DNA of 37,400 bases from a virus (lineage: Duplodnaviria > Caudoviricetes), in the IMG/VR virus record IMGVR_UViG_3300040734_000039, positions 1-37,400 of that record. The stretch is one strand, 5' to 3'. Shown here piece after piece: positions 15,499-25,783 of the stretch. Made by a program: the position numbers and the translations under genes. Numbering within the stretch: position 1 is the first letter of the stretch; every line of letters starts with the position of its first letter. The notes under the pieces are model-generated. The model ran no database searches. It saw only the letters and a list, made by a program, of their open reading frames with translations, and was not told the DNA's origin.

Positions 15499-15502
15499 GG
15501 AC

Positions 15503-15874
15503 ATGCCTACCCGTTCGCGGCGACCATGCAGATACCCCGGCTGCCCTGCCCTCGAGGCAGAGCATGGGTACTGTGAGTTTCACGCCGACAAATACCAGCG
15601 CCCTGAAAGCGACGACGAGCAGCGAGAACGGCACGCGCTCTACGGGTCGCGCTGGAAGCGGAGGCGCAAAGCGTACCTGTCTGAACATCCGTGGTGTGAG
15701 GACTGCATGATTGGTGGCGTATGGGAACCGGCAACAGATTGCCATCACGTGACGCCGCACAAAGGCGACCGGCAGGTGTTCATCTCGTCTGAGCTGCGCG
15801 CCCTCTGTCATTCCTGCCACTCAAGGCATACGGTGCGCGAGCGCCTTGCCCTGGCTGACGGGGAGGGGGCATGA
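15503..15874 (+). CDS. HNH endonuclease (packaging-associated)
   Basis: PCRYPGC...HPWCEDC...ATDCHHVTPH...LCHSCHSRHT; directly before terS. Confidence 0.93.
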   Translation: MPTRSRRPCRYPGCPALEAEHGYCEFHADKYQRPESDDEQRERHALYGSRWKRRRKAYLSEHPWCEDCMIGGVWEPATDCHHVTPHKGDRQVFISSELRALCHSCHSRHTVRERLALADGEGA

Positions 15875-15940
15875 AAATGTTTTTATCAAGGGGGTCAACG
15901 AGCGACAGGGGTTATAGGCGTGAGAAATATTCCCCGATGG
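15860..15940. other. Probable cos/packaging region
   Basis: Gap between HNH and terS with GGGAGGGGG...GAGCGACAGGGG...GCGTGAGAAATATTCCCC. This is the usual cos position in HNH-terS-terL phages; the cut site cannot be determined here. Confidence 0.45.
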
Positions 15941-15962
15941 AAGCCAGTGAAGGGGGCGGCGT

Positions 15963-16430
15963 ATGCCAACGAACACGGTAGCAGCAGCCAAGATGCGCGA
16001 GGGCAGCGGCAAGCACTGGACAGCCGAAGAGTTGCAAGCGCGGGAGGCGGCGGAGGCAGAGATGCGGCGGACGGTACGACCAAGCCTGCGGGCACCAGAG
16101 TGGATGAGTGATGACGCCCGGGAGGTATGGGAGTCGGTTAAGCGGAAGCTGAAGGGGATAGAGATGTTGGACAACCTGGATGCTGAGCTGCTGGCGGTGT
16201 ATTGCGACGCGGTGGTGCATTACCGGAATGCGAGCCGGGCGCTGAACCTGGTGGACGAGAACGGGTTGTCGACGGCAACGGTTGACCAGGTGAAAGCGGC
16301 GCAAGCGTGGGCGCGGATTGTGGCGGCCTACGCTGACCGGTTGGGTTTGTCACCGGGGGCTCGCGCAAGGTTGGCGAAAAAGCGCGCCGAGAAAACAGTG
16401 GACGAGTTTGGCGAGACGTTTGGAGGTTAG
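15963..16430 (+). CDS. terS: Terminase small subunit (P27 family)
   Basis: APEWMSDDAREVW...LDNLDAELLAVYC...LGLSPGARARL. Confidence 0.92.
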   Translation: MPTNTVAAAKMREGSGKHWTAEELQAREAAEAEMRRTVRPSLRAPEWMSDDAREVWESVKRKLKGIEMLDNLDAELLAVYCDAVVHYRNASRALNLVDENGLSTATVDQVKAAQAWARIVAAYADRLGLSPGARARLAKKRAEKTVDEFGETFGG

Positions 16431-18149
16431 GTGCACCCTGTAACTGAGTACGCGAATGAGGTTGTTGAGGGGCTGAGAGTGGCGGGCAAGAGCGAGATAC
16501 TCGCCTGCCAGCGGCATCTGGACGACCTGAGCAGACAGGGCACAGCAGGGTTTGAGTTTGTGTTTGACGAGGCTAAGGCTGACCGGATTTATTCCTGGTT
16601 CAAGTACTGCCGACACGTGGAGGGGCCGCTGGCAGGGCAGCCGATTGTGCTGCATCCGTTTCAGATGTTTGACCTGGGGAGCATTTTTGGCTGGACGCAC
16701 GTAAAAACTGGTTTACGCCGTTTTGAGAAAGGGTACATCCAGGAGGCGAGAAAGAATGGCAAGACAACACTGCTGGCAGGCACGGCGATGATGCTGATGT
16801 GCGGAGATGGCGAAGAGTCTCCGGCGGTGTACTGCGCAGCGGTGGATCGTGACCAGGCGCGCATCCTGTACAGGTCGGCGCGGGCGATTGCGATGAAGAG
16901 CCCGGACATACGCAAGCGGCTGAAGATTCGGGATTACGCCATGAGCCATATTACGCGCGGGGGTGAGATGCGCGCGTTGAGCAAGGACACGAAAAACAAG
17001 GACGGTCTGAACCCGAGCGGCGTGATTATTGACGAGTATCACGCACACCCGACCAGCGAGATTTATGACCTGTTATGGTCAGCATGGGGGCAGCGGGCGC
17101 AGGCGTTGATGGTAATTATTACCACGGCTGGGTTTGAGGTGGAAGGCAACCCCTGCCATGCCGAATACGAGTACTGCAAGTCGATTTTGAGCGGCACGGT
17201 TGAGAACGATCGTTATTTTGTGATGATCCGCGAGTTGGACCCGGGGGATGACGAACACAATCCGGTGGTGTGGATCAAGGCGAACCCGCTGAGGGCGTCT
17301 GCGCCTGAAGGCGTTGCGCGGCTGCAAGCGCAACATGACGAGGCGTTTGGCAGCAACGATCCAGCAAAGATACGAACGTTCAGGGTGAAAAACCTGAATA
17401 TGTGGGTGCACGGGGTTGGGAATGTGTACCTGGATGATGACCTGATGGCGCGGTGGAAGGCAGCGGCGATTAGTCAGGAGGAGTTTGCCGCGCTGACCAC
17501 AGGCGGACGGTGCCTGGTAGGGGCTGACCTATCGAAACGGGTGGATTTGACGGCTGATGCGTTTGTTTTCCTGCTGGAGGATGGCAGGGTAGCAATTACG
17601 GCGCGCGGGTTTTTGCCAGAGGAAGCGGTGGCGCGGCATGAGCGGACTGACCGGATCCCATATCGGGATTGGGCGCGCGCGGGCTGGCTGATTGTAACGC
17701 CGGGAAACGTGACGGATTACGGTTTTATCAAGACGCACCTGGCGGATATGGAACTGGAACGCGGGTGGCAGGTACAGGAGTTTTGTTTTGACCCGTACAA
17801 CGCAACGCACCTGGCGACAGAACTCGACGAGGCGGGTTACACCACGGTTGAGATTCGGCAGGGTGTGCGGACATTGAGCGAACCCAGCAAGTTACTGCGC
17901 GAGATGATCGGATCGGGCAAGGTGGTGCATGACGGTTCACCGCTGCTGACATGGTGCCTGGCGAATGCGGTGGTTGAGACGGATTCGAACGAAAACATCA
18001 AGTTGAGCAAAAAGAATTCGTCTGATGTGCGCAGGATTGACCTGGCAGCAGCGGTCATCAATGCGATGGTACGGTTGCCATTGTTAAGGCAGCTGCACGG
18101 ACACGGTGACCTGAACGAACGGATTCTGTCTGATGACTGGGGCATGTGA
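16431..18149 (+). CDS. terL: Terminase large subunit
   Basis: ARKNGKT Walker A, VIIDE Walker B, ITTAG, GADLS...DL, FDPYNA, RID nuclease motifs. Confidence 0.97.
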   Translation: MHPVTEYANEVVEGLRVAGKSEILACQRHLDDLSRQGTAGFEFVFDEAKADRIYSWFKYCRHVEGPLAGQPIVLHPFQMFDLGSIFGWTHVKTGLRRFEKGYIQEARKNGKTTLLAGTAMMLMCGDGEESPAVYCAAVDRDQARILYRSARAIAMKSPDIRKRLKIRDYAMSHITRGGEMRALSKDTKNKDGLNPSGVIIDEYHAHPTSEIYDLLWSAWGQRAQALMVIITTAGFEVEGNPCHAEYEYCKSILSGTVENDRYFVMIRELDPGDDEHNPVVWIKANPLRASAPEGVARLQAQHDEAFGSNDPAKIRTFRVKNLNMWVHGVGNVYLDDDLMARWKAAAISQEEFAALTTGGRCLVGADLSKRVDLTADAFVFLLEDGRVAITARGFLPEEAVARHERTDRIPYRDWARAGWLIVTPGNVTDYGFIKTHLADMELERGWQVQEFCFDPYNATHLATELDEAGYTTVEIRQGVRTLSEPSKLLREMIGSGKVVHDGSPLLTWCLANAVVETDSNENIKLSKKNSSDVRRIDLAAAVINAMVRLPLLRQLHGHGDLNERILSDDWGM

Positions 18150-18157
18150 GGTGATGC

Positions 18158-18922
18158 GTGATTGATTTACGGCAAGGGGATTGTTTAGAGGTGATGGGTA
18201 CGCTGCCCGCGCAGAGCGTTGACGCGATCATTACCGATTTGCCGTATGGAACGACCTCCTGCGGATGGGATAACGTCATTCCGTTTGATGCCATGTGGGA
18301 GCAGGCGCGGCGGGTCATGAAACCGCGCGGGTGCTTTATTACGACTGCCAGCCAACCTTTCACCGCCCGGCTGGTGGTGAGCAACCTGGACTGGTTCAAG
18401 TATGAGCTAATCTGGAAAAAGAACACGACCACAGGCTTTCCGAATGCGCGCTATATCCCGCTGAAGAATCACGAGAATGTGGTGGTGTTTTCACCGGCGC
18501 CAGTGCGCTCCAAAGCCGGGCGGGCGACGATGACCTATAACCCGCAGGGTCTGGTGGCGATCAACAAGACACGCAAAGCTGGCAAAAAGGCGTCTGCGAT
18601 CAATACGAACCTGAAAGACGGCTTTTACACGGCGGAGTGGACTAATTTTCCGAGGTCGGTGCTGGAATTCCAGAGCGAGCGCGGGTATCACCCGACACAA
18701 AAGCCGGTAACGCTATACGAGTGGCTGGTGCGAACATACACGAACCCGGGTGATACGGTACTGGATATCTGCATGGGCAGCGGCACAACCGGCGTGGCGT
18801 GCGTGGACGCTGGACGGCGGTTTATCGGGATTGAGCAAGACCCGGGATATTTTGAGACATCGAAGCGCCGGATTTACGGAGCGATCGAAACCGATGACGA
18901 CAAAAGGCAGGTGATTTTATGA
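18158..18922 (+). CDS. Orphan N4/N6 DNA methyltransferase
   Basis: ITDLPYG, HPTQKPV, LDICMGSGTTG. Confidence 0.93.
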   Translation: MIDLRQGDCLEVMGTLPAQSVDAIITDLPYGTTSCGWDNVIPFDAMWEQARRVMKPRGCFITTASQPFTARLVVSNLDWFKYELIWKKNTTTGFPNARYIPLKNHENVVVFSPAPVRSKAGRATMTYNPQGLVAINKTRKAGKKASAINTNLKDGFYTAEWTNFPRSVLEFQSERGYHPTQKPVTLYEWLVRTYTNPGDTVLDICMGSGTTGVACVDAGRRFIGIEQDPGYFETSKRRIYGAIETDDDKRQVIL

Positions 18923-19101
18923 AACGAGTGCTGCTGTACTTGGATGATATTTTGATTGTGGCCGGGTTTGGATTGACCATCTACGCGACCACGCGCATCA
19001 ACATGACGGCTGCGGTGTATGTGGCTGGGGCTGTGTCCATCCTATTGGGGGTGATGGTGGCGCTGGGCGGGATTACTCAGCAGAAAGGCGGCCGTAAATG
19101 A
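18919..19101 (+). CDS. Small two-TM protein preceding the portal
   Basis: Two hydrophobic helices; ATGA-coupled; a common position in HK97-like phages. Confidence 0.7.
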   Translation: MKRVLLYLDDILIVAGFGLTIYATTRINMTAAVYVAGAVSILLGVMVALGGITQQKGGRK

Positions 19102-20336
19102 TTATCCGGCGCGCGATGAACACGTTATTTCCGGCGGTGCCGGAGAGTATGAGCCTGTCTCAACTGGTAGACGTGGTCGGGATGACCACATACAGCGGTT
19201 ATACAGTGTCCGAGGAGACGGCAAAAAGCCTTTCGATTGCCTACCGGTGCATCAACATCATTTCAGATGACGTGGCAAAGATGCCGCTGCAGACGTTTGA
19301 AGTGATGCGCCCGGGTACGCGGGTGCAAGTGGGTCCAGATGCGCGGCGGCAAAACCTGAGCTGGCTGCTGGAAGTTTCACCCAACCGGTGGATGACGCCA
19401 TTTGTTTTCAAGAAGACACTGATGAGTTGGCTGCTGACGTGGGGGGCAGCGTATGTATGGCAACCGCCAAAGGCGTTTGGTGGACGGCGCGAGTTATTTA
19501 TCCTACCAAGTTCGTCGGTAACAGCAGGGATGGATGGCGACGGGCAGATGTGGTACCGAGTGATTTTCAGCAACGGGCAGGTGGAAGTGCTGCCAGGAGT
19601 GGAAGTGCTGAGCCTGGTTATCAATTCAACGGACGGATTGACCGGGCGGTCTGTGCTGACGTATGCGCGCGAGAGTCTTGGGCGACAGCTGGGCGCATAT
19701 GAAACGCTGGGGAAATTCTACGCACAGGGTTTGAATCCGGCTGGCATTTTGTGGATGGACGGCGACCTGGACAAAGAGGCGCGCCAGAAGGTGCGCGAGA
19801 AGTACGAGGAAGCCATGAGCGGGGCGGCAAATGCTTACCGACTGGCAATCCTGGATCAGAAGGTGAGCAAGTTTGAGCCAATCAGCATGAAGCCGGTAGA
19901 TATGCAGTTTCTAGAATCCATCCAACAGACGGATTTGGAGATTGCGAATTTCTTCGGGCTACCGCTGTTCAAGCTGAACATGGGGAAACAGTCGTATAAC
20001 TCGAACGAGCAGGCGAATTTGGATTACCTTTCCACCACTTTGGATCCGTACCTGGTGCAGTTTGAGCAGGCGGCGATGTTGAAGTGGCTGAGTGAGGATG
20101 AACAGAGCCGGATGTATGTGCGGTTCAACCGGGATGCGCTGCTGCGGACAGACGCCCAGACGCGGGCTGCAGTCATCAAATCCCGGATCGAGTCGGGTGT
20201 GTTGACCCCCAACGAGGCGCGGCAGATTGATGATATGAGCGCATTCCAGGGCGGCGATACGCATTATCTCCCTGCGAACATGTCGGTGATTGATTCGGAG
20301 GGCAATCTGCAAGGGGTCGAGAAAGGAGTCAAATGA
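19098..20336 (+). CDS. Portal protein, HK97 family
   Basis: YRCINIISDDVAKMPL, PNRWMT, QFLE...EIANFFGLP, SYNSNEQ, TPNEAR. Confidence 0.96.
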   Translation: MIIRRAMNTLFPAVPESMSLSQLVDVVGMTTYSGYTVSEETAKSLSIAYRCINIISDDVAKMPLQTFEVMRPGTRVQVGPDARRQNLSWLLEVSPNRWMTPFVFKKTLMSWLLTWGAAYVWQPPKAFGGRRELFILPSSSVTAGMDGDGQMWYRVIFSNGQVEVLPGVEVLSLVINSTDGLTGRSVLTYARESLGRQLGAYETLGKFYAQGLNPAGILWMDGDLDKEARQKVREKYEEAMSGAANAYRLAILDQKVSKFEPISMKPVDMQFLESIQQTDLEIANFFGLPLFKLNMGKQSYNSNEQANLDYLSTTLDPYLVQFEQAAMLKWLSEDEQSRMYVRFNRDALLRTDAQTRAAVIKSRIESGVLTPNEARQIDDMSAFQGGDTHYLPANMSVIDSEGNLQGVEKGVK

Positions 20337-21079
20337 CCAAACAGCAACCAGTACGGATTGCAGACGGCGAGGCTCTACCGCACAAACCATTCTGGGCATG
20401 GCGGGATGCGGCTGAGGTTGAGCCGGAGCTTGAACTTTACGGCTGGATATCGGAGTACTCGTGGTTTGAGGACGAGATCACGCCCAAGATGTTCAAGGAT
20501 GACCTGAACCGGTATGGCAAGGGCGGGCCAGTGACTGTGCGCATTCATTCGGGCGGCGGTGATGTATTTGCTGCTTCAGTGATGCGGGCGATTTTACTGG
20601 ATTACCCGGGGCCGGTGAAGGTGAAGATTGACGGGCTGTGCGCGTCGGCTGCCACAATCGTGGCTATGGCTGGCAAGCGGATCATGATGCAGGAATCGGC
20701 TTACATGATGATTCATGACCCGTCGACGGTGGTGATGGGCAACATTGAGACTCTGAAGGCGGTGCTAGACGAGTTGAAGGTGTGCAAGGCGGGGATTGTG
20801 GACGCCTATGCGAGCCGCACCGGATTGGAGCGCGGGAAGTTGGAGCGAATGATGACAGACGAGACCTGGATGACAGCGCGCGAGGCGCGCGAGATGGGTT
20901 TTGTGGACGAGGTCATCAGCGGGCCGGTGAGCCAAACGGCGAGCGCGGTCATCACCAATAGCCTGAGCCGATATGTGCACGTTCCGGAGGCATTACGGCA
21001 AGCGCAAGCGGAGCCGAAGGCACCGGTTGAATCACCCGACGCGGTACGACTCCGCGCGGAAGTCAAATTGTTGATGTGA
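20333..21079 (+). CDS. ClpP-like prohead protease
   Basis: IHSGGGDVF, IDGLCASAA, MMIHDP, ETWMTAREA...GFVDE. Confidence 0.95.
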   Translation: MTKQQPVRIADGEALPHKPFWAWRDAAEVEPELELYGWISEYSWFEDEITPKMFKDDLNRYGKGGPVTVRIHSGGGDVFAASVMRAILLDYPGPVKVKIDGLCASAATIVAMAGKRIMMQESAYMMIHDPSTVVMGNIETLKAVLDELKVCKAGIVDAYASRTGLERGKLERMMTDETWMTAREAREMGFVDEVISGPVSQTASAVITNSLSRYVHVPEALRQAQAEPKAPVESPDAVRLRAEVKLLM

Positions 21080-21090
21080 GGAGAGGACAA

Positions 21091-22329
21091 ATGAAAAACT
21101 TGAAAGCGATGTTTGACGCTGCCCAGGCAGCTGACGGTGAAGTGCAAGCACTTGCGCTTCAGATCAACCAGTTATTTGACGCCGGAGCAACACAGGAGGC
21201 GTTGGCTCTGCGCCCGAAACTGGATGAAGCGCGCACCAAAGCGGCCGATATGAACCGGCTGTACCTGTCGATGCGCTCGTTGGACGGCGAGGGCGGCGAC
21301 CCGGGCGCGAAATTTGTACCGGCAGCTGCCAGCGACCGCGAGCCGAAGGCTGTGGCAGAGCTGCGCGCATCTCCGGAATATGTACGCGCGTTTGTGGACG
21401 CCATTCGGTTGGGTGTGACACCCAAGAACATTCACCAGCAGCGCGACGGGCGTTTCGGCGTGCTAACTGACGCCCTGACTGAAACAGGCGGATCTCCGGC
21501 GGGCAGCGAAGGCGGCTTTTTGCTGCCGATCGACTTTGACAACATGATCAAGGAGCAGATGCGCTCTGCTGTTGACTTGAGCCCGTTTGTCAATGTGGAA
21601 TTGGTATCTGGCTACAGCGGCTGGCGCGCGGTGGATGCTGCCCCATCGGCTGCATTCAGCGAAATCACCAGCACCGTAGCCGCGATGGAAAGCCCGGCGT
21701 TCACAAAGGTGGAGTTTGCCGTGAAGGAATACGGCGGCTATTTGCCGGTGAGCAACGACTTACTGGCAGACACCCCGGTGAACATCATGCAGTACATTGC
21801 GCGATGGTGCGGCAAGAAATCCAGCCTGACCCACACCAGCCTGATCCTGGCGCTGGTGAATGCGCTCTCACCGGTGACGGTCACGGATTGGAAGCAGGTG
21901 GACGCCAAAATCAAGACGGCTTTGAACAAGACGCTTGACCCGGCGGTCTCGGCCTCTGCGATCATCATGCTGAACCAGACGGCGTTTGACCTGATGGATC
22001 AGTTGTTGGACGGTACCGGACGACCGATCATGGCGCCGGATCCGACCAACGAAACAGTGAAGCGCTACAAGGGGCGCCAGGTGGTGGTGGTTCCGGATGC
22101 GTTGTGGGCTAACCTGGTGGACGGCGACACCTACACCCGAATCGCTGTGGGTGACGGGCGCGAGATGGTGACCATGTTCCGCCGCATGACCGGGGAACTG
22201 GCGAGCACCACACAGGGCGGCGACGCCTGGCGCGCGAACGGCACGGAAGTGCGCTACATCCTGCGCGAGGTTGCCAAGACCATCGACAGCGGCGCGATGT
22301 CGCTGTTGAAGGTGAAACTGCCTGCATAA
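21091..22329 (+). CDS. Major capsid protein, HK97 fold
   Basis: N-terminal coiled-coil delta domain; EGGFLLP, VSNDLLAD, LDGTGRPI motifs. Confidence 0.93.
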   Translation: MKNLKAMFDAAQAADGEVQALALQINQLFDAGATQEALALRPKLDEARTKAADMNRLYLSMRSLDGEGGDPGAKFVPAAASDREPKAVAELRASPEYVRAFVDAIRLGVTPKNIHQQRDGRFGVLTDALTETGGSPAGSEGGFLLPIDFDNMIKEQMRSAVDLSPFVNVELVSGYSGWRAVDAAPSAAFSEITSTVAAMESPAFTKVEFAVKEYGGYLPVSNDLLADTPVNIMQYIARWCGKKSSLTHTSLILALVNALSPVTVTDWKQVDAKIKTALNKTLDPAVSASAIIMLNQTAFDLMDQLLDGTGRPIMAPDPTNETVKRYKGRQVVVVPDALWANLVDGDTYTRIAVGDGREMVTMFRRMTGELASTTQGGDAWRANGTEVRYILREVAKTIDSGAMSLLKVKLPA

Positions 22330-22339
22330 GGAGGAACTG

Positions 22340-22966
22340 ATGACGAATTACAAACCCCTGAATTATGCGGAACGGGGCGGCGACCGGTTGATTGTCGGTG
22401 GCCAGATTGACCGGGAAGGCGCGCCTGAACTGGCGTTGACGGCGCTGAAGGCGATGCTGGTGCAGCATTATCACATCGCCCCGGCGGCTAACAGCGCCAC
22501 CGCTGTGCACGCTGCTGTGACGCTAGCTGATGGCGCTGAGACCACAGTGACAACCGCCATCACCAACCCGGATGTACCGCGGACGGTGACGGTGAAAGGC
22601 AACGCAGCCGGGATTGCGGGTGATGTGGTCATCACCGGCACGAACATCCTGGACGAGGTCATCACCGACACGATTGCCTTGAACGCTACCACTGAGGTGG
22701 AAGGCGCTAAGGCATTCAAAACAGTGACATCCATCCTGCTGCCAGCGCGAACGACTGCGGGTGATACCGTGAGCGTGGGCTGGGCGAAGAAATTCGGTGT
22801 GCCGCACATTGTGGCATTTGCCAGCATGGTGTTGGTGAAACTGTTCAACGGTTCGGCTGACACCGGCACGCTGGCGGTGGATGACGACGAGGTTGAGAAG
22901 AACCTGTTTGCGCTGAATGGCACGCCGGACGGCACAAAGGCGCTTGACCTCTACTACATGGTATAG
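22340..22966 (+). CDS. Structural protein after the capsid gene (possible head decoration)
   Basis: Position; Thr/Ala/Val-rich beta composition; strong RBS. Confidence 0.55.
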   Translation: MTNYKPLNYAERGGDRLIVGGQIDREGAPELALTALKAMLVQHYHIAPAANSATAVHAAVTLADGAETTVTTAITNPDVPRTVTVKGNAAGIAGDVVITGTNILDEVITDTIALNATTEVEGAKAFKTVTSILLPARTTAGDTVSVGWAKKFGVPHIVAFASMVLVKLFNGSADTGTLAVDDDEVEKNLFALNGTPDGTKALDLYYMV

Positions 22967-22977
22967 GAGGTGAACCT

Positions 22978-23277
22978 GTGGCAAACATACTGACCGCACA
23001 AGAAGCCGCGGATGTTTTGCGGATAAGCGCTACTGATGCAGCGATGCTGGCACTATTGCCACAGGTTGACGCCTATCTCAAAAACGCGACCGGGCGGGAT
23101 TGGGCTGGCGACAGTCCGATCCGCCCGGAAGCGAAGAGCGCGGCGCGGATGCTGGTGGTGGTGTGGTACGAGAATCCGGCGATGGTTGGCAGCGGGCTGA
23201 CAGTCTTATCGTTTGGGCTGCGAAACGCGCTGACGCAACTGGAAGCGCTGGCGATTCAACTGGCGGAGGTTGTGTGA
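22978..23277 (+). CDS. Head-tail connector (HK97 gp6-like)
   Basis: YLKNATG...AARMLVVVWYENP. Confidence 0.85.
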   Translation: MANILTAQEAADVLRISATDAAMLALLPQVDAYLKNATGRDWAGDSPIRPEAKSAARMLVVVWYENPAMVGSGLTVLSFGLRNALTQLEALAIQLAEVV

Positions 23278-23615
23278 AACCGGGCTGGTTTGTCAATCCG
23301 GGCGAGTTGCGCACGGATATCACCATCAAGAGCCGGGCGGTTACGTCCGGCGCGGGTGGTTTTTCGAGCGAAACGTACAGCACGCTGGCAACAGTGAAAT
23401 GCCGCTGGACAAATGCGCACGGGTCGGAAGTGTGGGCGGCGGAAGCGGTGCAGGCGCAGCAACCGGCAACCATCCTGATGCGGTATGTGAGCGGGGTGGA
23501 CACGACCTGCATCGTAACGCTGGGAAGCGTGAACTACAAGGTTGTGAGCGTGGATGACATCCAAAACCGGCATGAATGGCTGGAGTTGAAGGTACAGAGG
23601 ATGGTGAACGGATGA
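23274..23615 (+). CDS. Head closure protein (SPP1 gp16-like)
   Basis: NPGELRTDITI...GSEVWAA...ILMRY...YKVVSVDD; GTGA overlap start. Confidence 0.88.
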   Translation: MKPGWFVNPGELRTDITIKSRAVTSGAGGFSSETYSTLATVKCRWTNAHGSEVWAAEAVQAQQPATILMRYVSGVDTTCIVTLGSVNYKVVSVDDIQNRHEWLELKVQRMVNG

Positions 23616-24004
23616 CCGGGATGAAGATGTCTTTCAAACCGGGCAAGGTTGACAAGTACCTGGAACAGGTGGTTGAAGCCGGGGTGTCGATTGATGCCGC
23701 GGTGGATCGTGCGCTGGGTGAAGCTTCCGATGTCATTCTAGAAGGGATGGGAAGGCGCGCGCCGATACTCACCGGGTACCTGATGAGCCGGATCGGAGTA
23801 TTGGAAGCCGGGCAGGATGGCAATTACCACTTTGTGGACGTGGGGGTGGACTTCAGGGATCGCAATTCCATCCTGTATGCGGTGTTTGTGGAATTCGGGG
23901 CACCGCACCGCCCGGCGCAGCCGTTCTTGCGTCCGACGTTTGACGAGGACAAGAACAAAATACGGAAAGCGCTACGCGATTCCTTGAAGATGGAGATGAA
24001 ATGA
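23612..24004 (+). CDS. HK97 gp10-family neck/tail completion protein
   Basis: APILTGYL...YAVFVEFG...PAQPFLRP. Confidence 0.9.
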   Translation: MTGMKMSFKPGKVDKYLEQVVEAGVSIDAAVDRALGEASDVILEGMGRRAPILTGYLMSRIGVLEAGQDGNYHFVDVGVDFRDRNSILYAVFVEFGAPHRPAQPFLRPTFDEDKNKIRKALRDSLKMEMK

Positions 24005-24333
24005 GCGACATCTTTTCGGAAGTGAAGACGGCATTGACGGGGCTTGGGGTACCGATGTGGGCGGGGGTGTACCTGGGCGCGAGCGGCGAACTGCCGGACG
24101 TGTTCCTAATCTACAGCCTGATATCGGATTACCCGTCACAGCACGCTGACAATGCGGAGGTTGAGCGGACGCACCGCCTGCAGGTATCCATCTACAGCCG
24201 GACAGGGCTTGAGAGCCTGCCGAATGTGATCGGGGCAATGACGGCAGCGGGTTGGATGACCAGCCAGCGGCGCCAGTTGCCATATCAACAAGACACCGGG
24301 CATCACTGCCTGGCGATTGATTTTATCAAGTAA
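24001..24333 (+). CDS. Tail terminator-like protein
   Basis: HADN...LQVSIYS...DTGHH...IDF; position before the major tail gene. Confidence 0.75.
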   Translation: MSDIFSEVKTALTGLGVPMWAGVYLGASGELPDVFLIYSLISDYPSQHADNAEVERTHRLQVSIYSRTGLESLPNVIGAMTAAGWMTSQRRQLPYQQDTGHHCLAIDFIK

Positions 24334-24347
24334 GAAAGGAATGAAAC

Positions 24348-25256
24348 ATGGCAAATTCTGCTGAATATAAAAGTCGGGTTGGGTTGGACAGCCTGAAAAT
24401 CGCGGAAGTGCTGCAAGACGACGCCAGCGCCTACCTGACGGGGGCGGTGGAATGGCTTGCTCCAGCGGCTGAAGCGAGCGCAGAGCCGTCTGTCAACCGG
24501 CAGACACAGTTTGCTGACGACCAGCCGTATGACGCGATGAGCGCGGAAGGGGATACCAGCATCAAGCTGACGGTAACGAACGTGCCGTTAGAGATGCTGG
24601 CGAAACTGACCGGGCGGGTGTACGACGCGACCAACGGGCGGTTGTACGACAATTCCGGCACGCCGGGGTATTTTGCCCTGATGTTCCGGTCAAAGAAGAG
24701 CAACGGGCACTACCGCTACTATTCGTTTTTGAAGGGGCGGTTTGACATGCCGGCGGAGTCGTTTGCGACACAGTCGGACAGCCCGGATCCGAAGACGGTC
24801 GAATTGACCTTCACGGCTGTGAAGACGGTTTACGCATTTGACCTGGGGGATATCAATGACGGCGTGAAGCGGGTGGTGGGTGATGAAGACATCACCGCGT
24901 TCAGCGGCACCACATGGTTTGACCAGGTGCAGACGCCGGGCGCAACCACACCGGCGGCGCTGGCGCTGTCATCGAGCACACCGGCTGAGGGCAGTTCTAC
25001 CCTAGCAATCAGCGCCAACCTGGTGCTGGTGTTCAACAATGTGCTGGCGGAGGGCTCCGAGAATCATGTGATGCTACTGGACAGCCTGAACGAGGTAGTG
25101 GCTTGCGCCAAGAGCATCTCGGCTGACCGCAAGACCATCACGTTGAACCCAGATTCGAACCTGAGCGCGGGGGCAGCCTACACCATTGCTGCTGCGGTGG
25201 TGGATATCTACGCCCAGACGCTGGACGTATCGGTTGAATTCAGCACGACTTCATAG
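24348..25256 (+). CDS. Major tail protein (phi13-like) with a C-terminal Ig-like domain
   Basis: VGLDSL, FADD, YFALMFRSKKSNG; C-terminal SSTPA...LVLVFNN...KTITLNPDSNL...YTI (Big_5-like). Confidence 0.9.
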   Translation: MANSAEYKSRVGLDSLKIAEVLQDDASAYLTGAVEWLAPAAEASAEPSVNRQTQFADDQPYDAMSAEGDTSIKLTVTNVPLEMLAKLTGRVYDATNGRLYDNSGTPGYFALMFRSKKSNGHYRYYSFLKGRFDMPAESFATQSDSPDPKTVELTFTAVKTVYAFDLGDINDGVKRVVGDEDITAFSGTTWFDQVQTPGATTPAALALSSSTPAEGSSTLAISANLVLVFNNVLAEGSENHVMLLDSLNEVVACAKSISADRKTITLNPDSNLSAGAAYTIAAAVVDIYAQTLDVSVEFSTTS

Positions 25257-25261
25257 GAGGC

Positions 25262-25594
25262 GTGATGCCTGAAGAGAGTGCGGTCATTTCCCTTACATTA
25301 AATAAGGGGAATGAGAACGGGGAAGAGCAGCGGACATTTACGCGGTCATTCATCCCGTGGGGCGTGTTGAAGCGGACTATGAAGTTTGCGCAGCTCAATG
25401 CGACGGCTGAAATTGGGATTGAGACGCTGGACGAAATGTGCGCGATCCTGGTGGAGTTGTTCGGGCACCAGTTTACGGCTGAGGAGTTGGAGGCGGGGGC
25501 GGATATCGTGGACGTGATTGCGGTGTTCACGGCGATCACGAAACGCGCCGCAGCGATGATGCCGGCAAACCCTCAGACGCCTCCGGCGGAATAG
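25262..25594 (+). CDS. Tail assembly chaperone (gpG-like)
   Basis: LVELFGHQFTAEELEAGAD; lies between the major tail and tape measure genes. Confidence 0.85.
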   Translation: MMPEESAVISLTLNKGNENGEEQRTFTRSFIPWGVLKRTMKFAQLNATAEIGIETLDEMCAILVELFGHQFTAEELEAGADIVDVIAVFTAITKRAAAMMPANPQTPPAE

Positions 25595-25782
25595 GCGCGT
25601 CGGAGGGTGAGGACTGGATGCTGGAACTGGAATGGAGCCTGGTTGAGCGGTTTGGGTGGAGTTTACACGAGATTGACCAGACCGACATCGGCTCACTGAT
25701 TCCGTTTGTGCTGTATACCAGCCGCAGGAAGGCAGGCGGTGGAGCGGCGGGGTCATATTGTGACGAAGTGAGCTGGTTGTAG
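25567..25782 (+). CDS. -1 frameshift extension of the tail chaperone (gpGT-like)
   Basis: Correctly phased slippery heptamer A AAC CCT at 25567-25573. The -1 frame is open to TAG 25782 (…WMLELEWSLVERFGWSLHEIDQTDI…YCDEVSWL). Confidence 0.75.
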   Translation, partial: KPSDASGGIGASEGEDWMLELEWSLVERFGWSLHEIDQTDIGSLIPFVLYTSRRKAGGGAAGSYCDEVSWL

Positions 25783-25783
25783 T

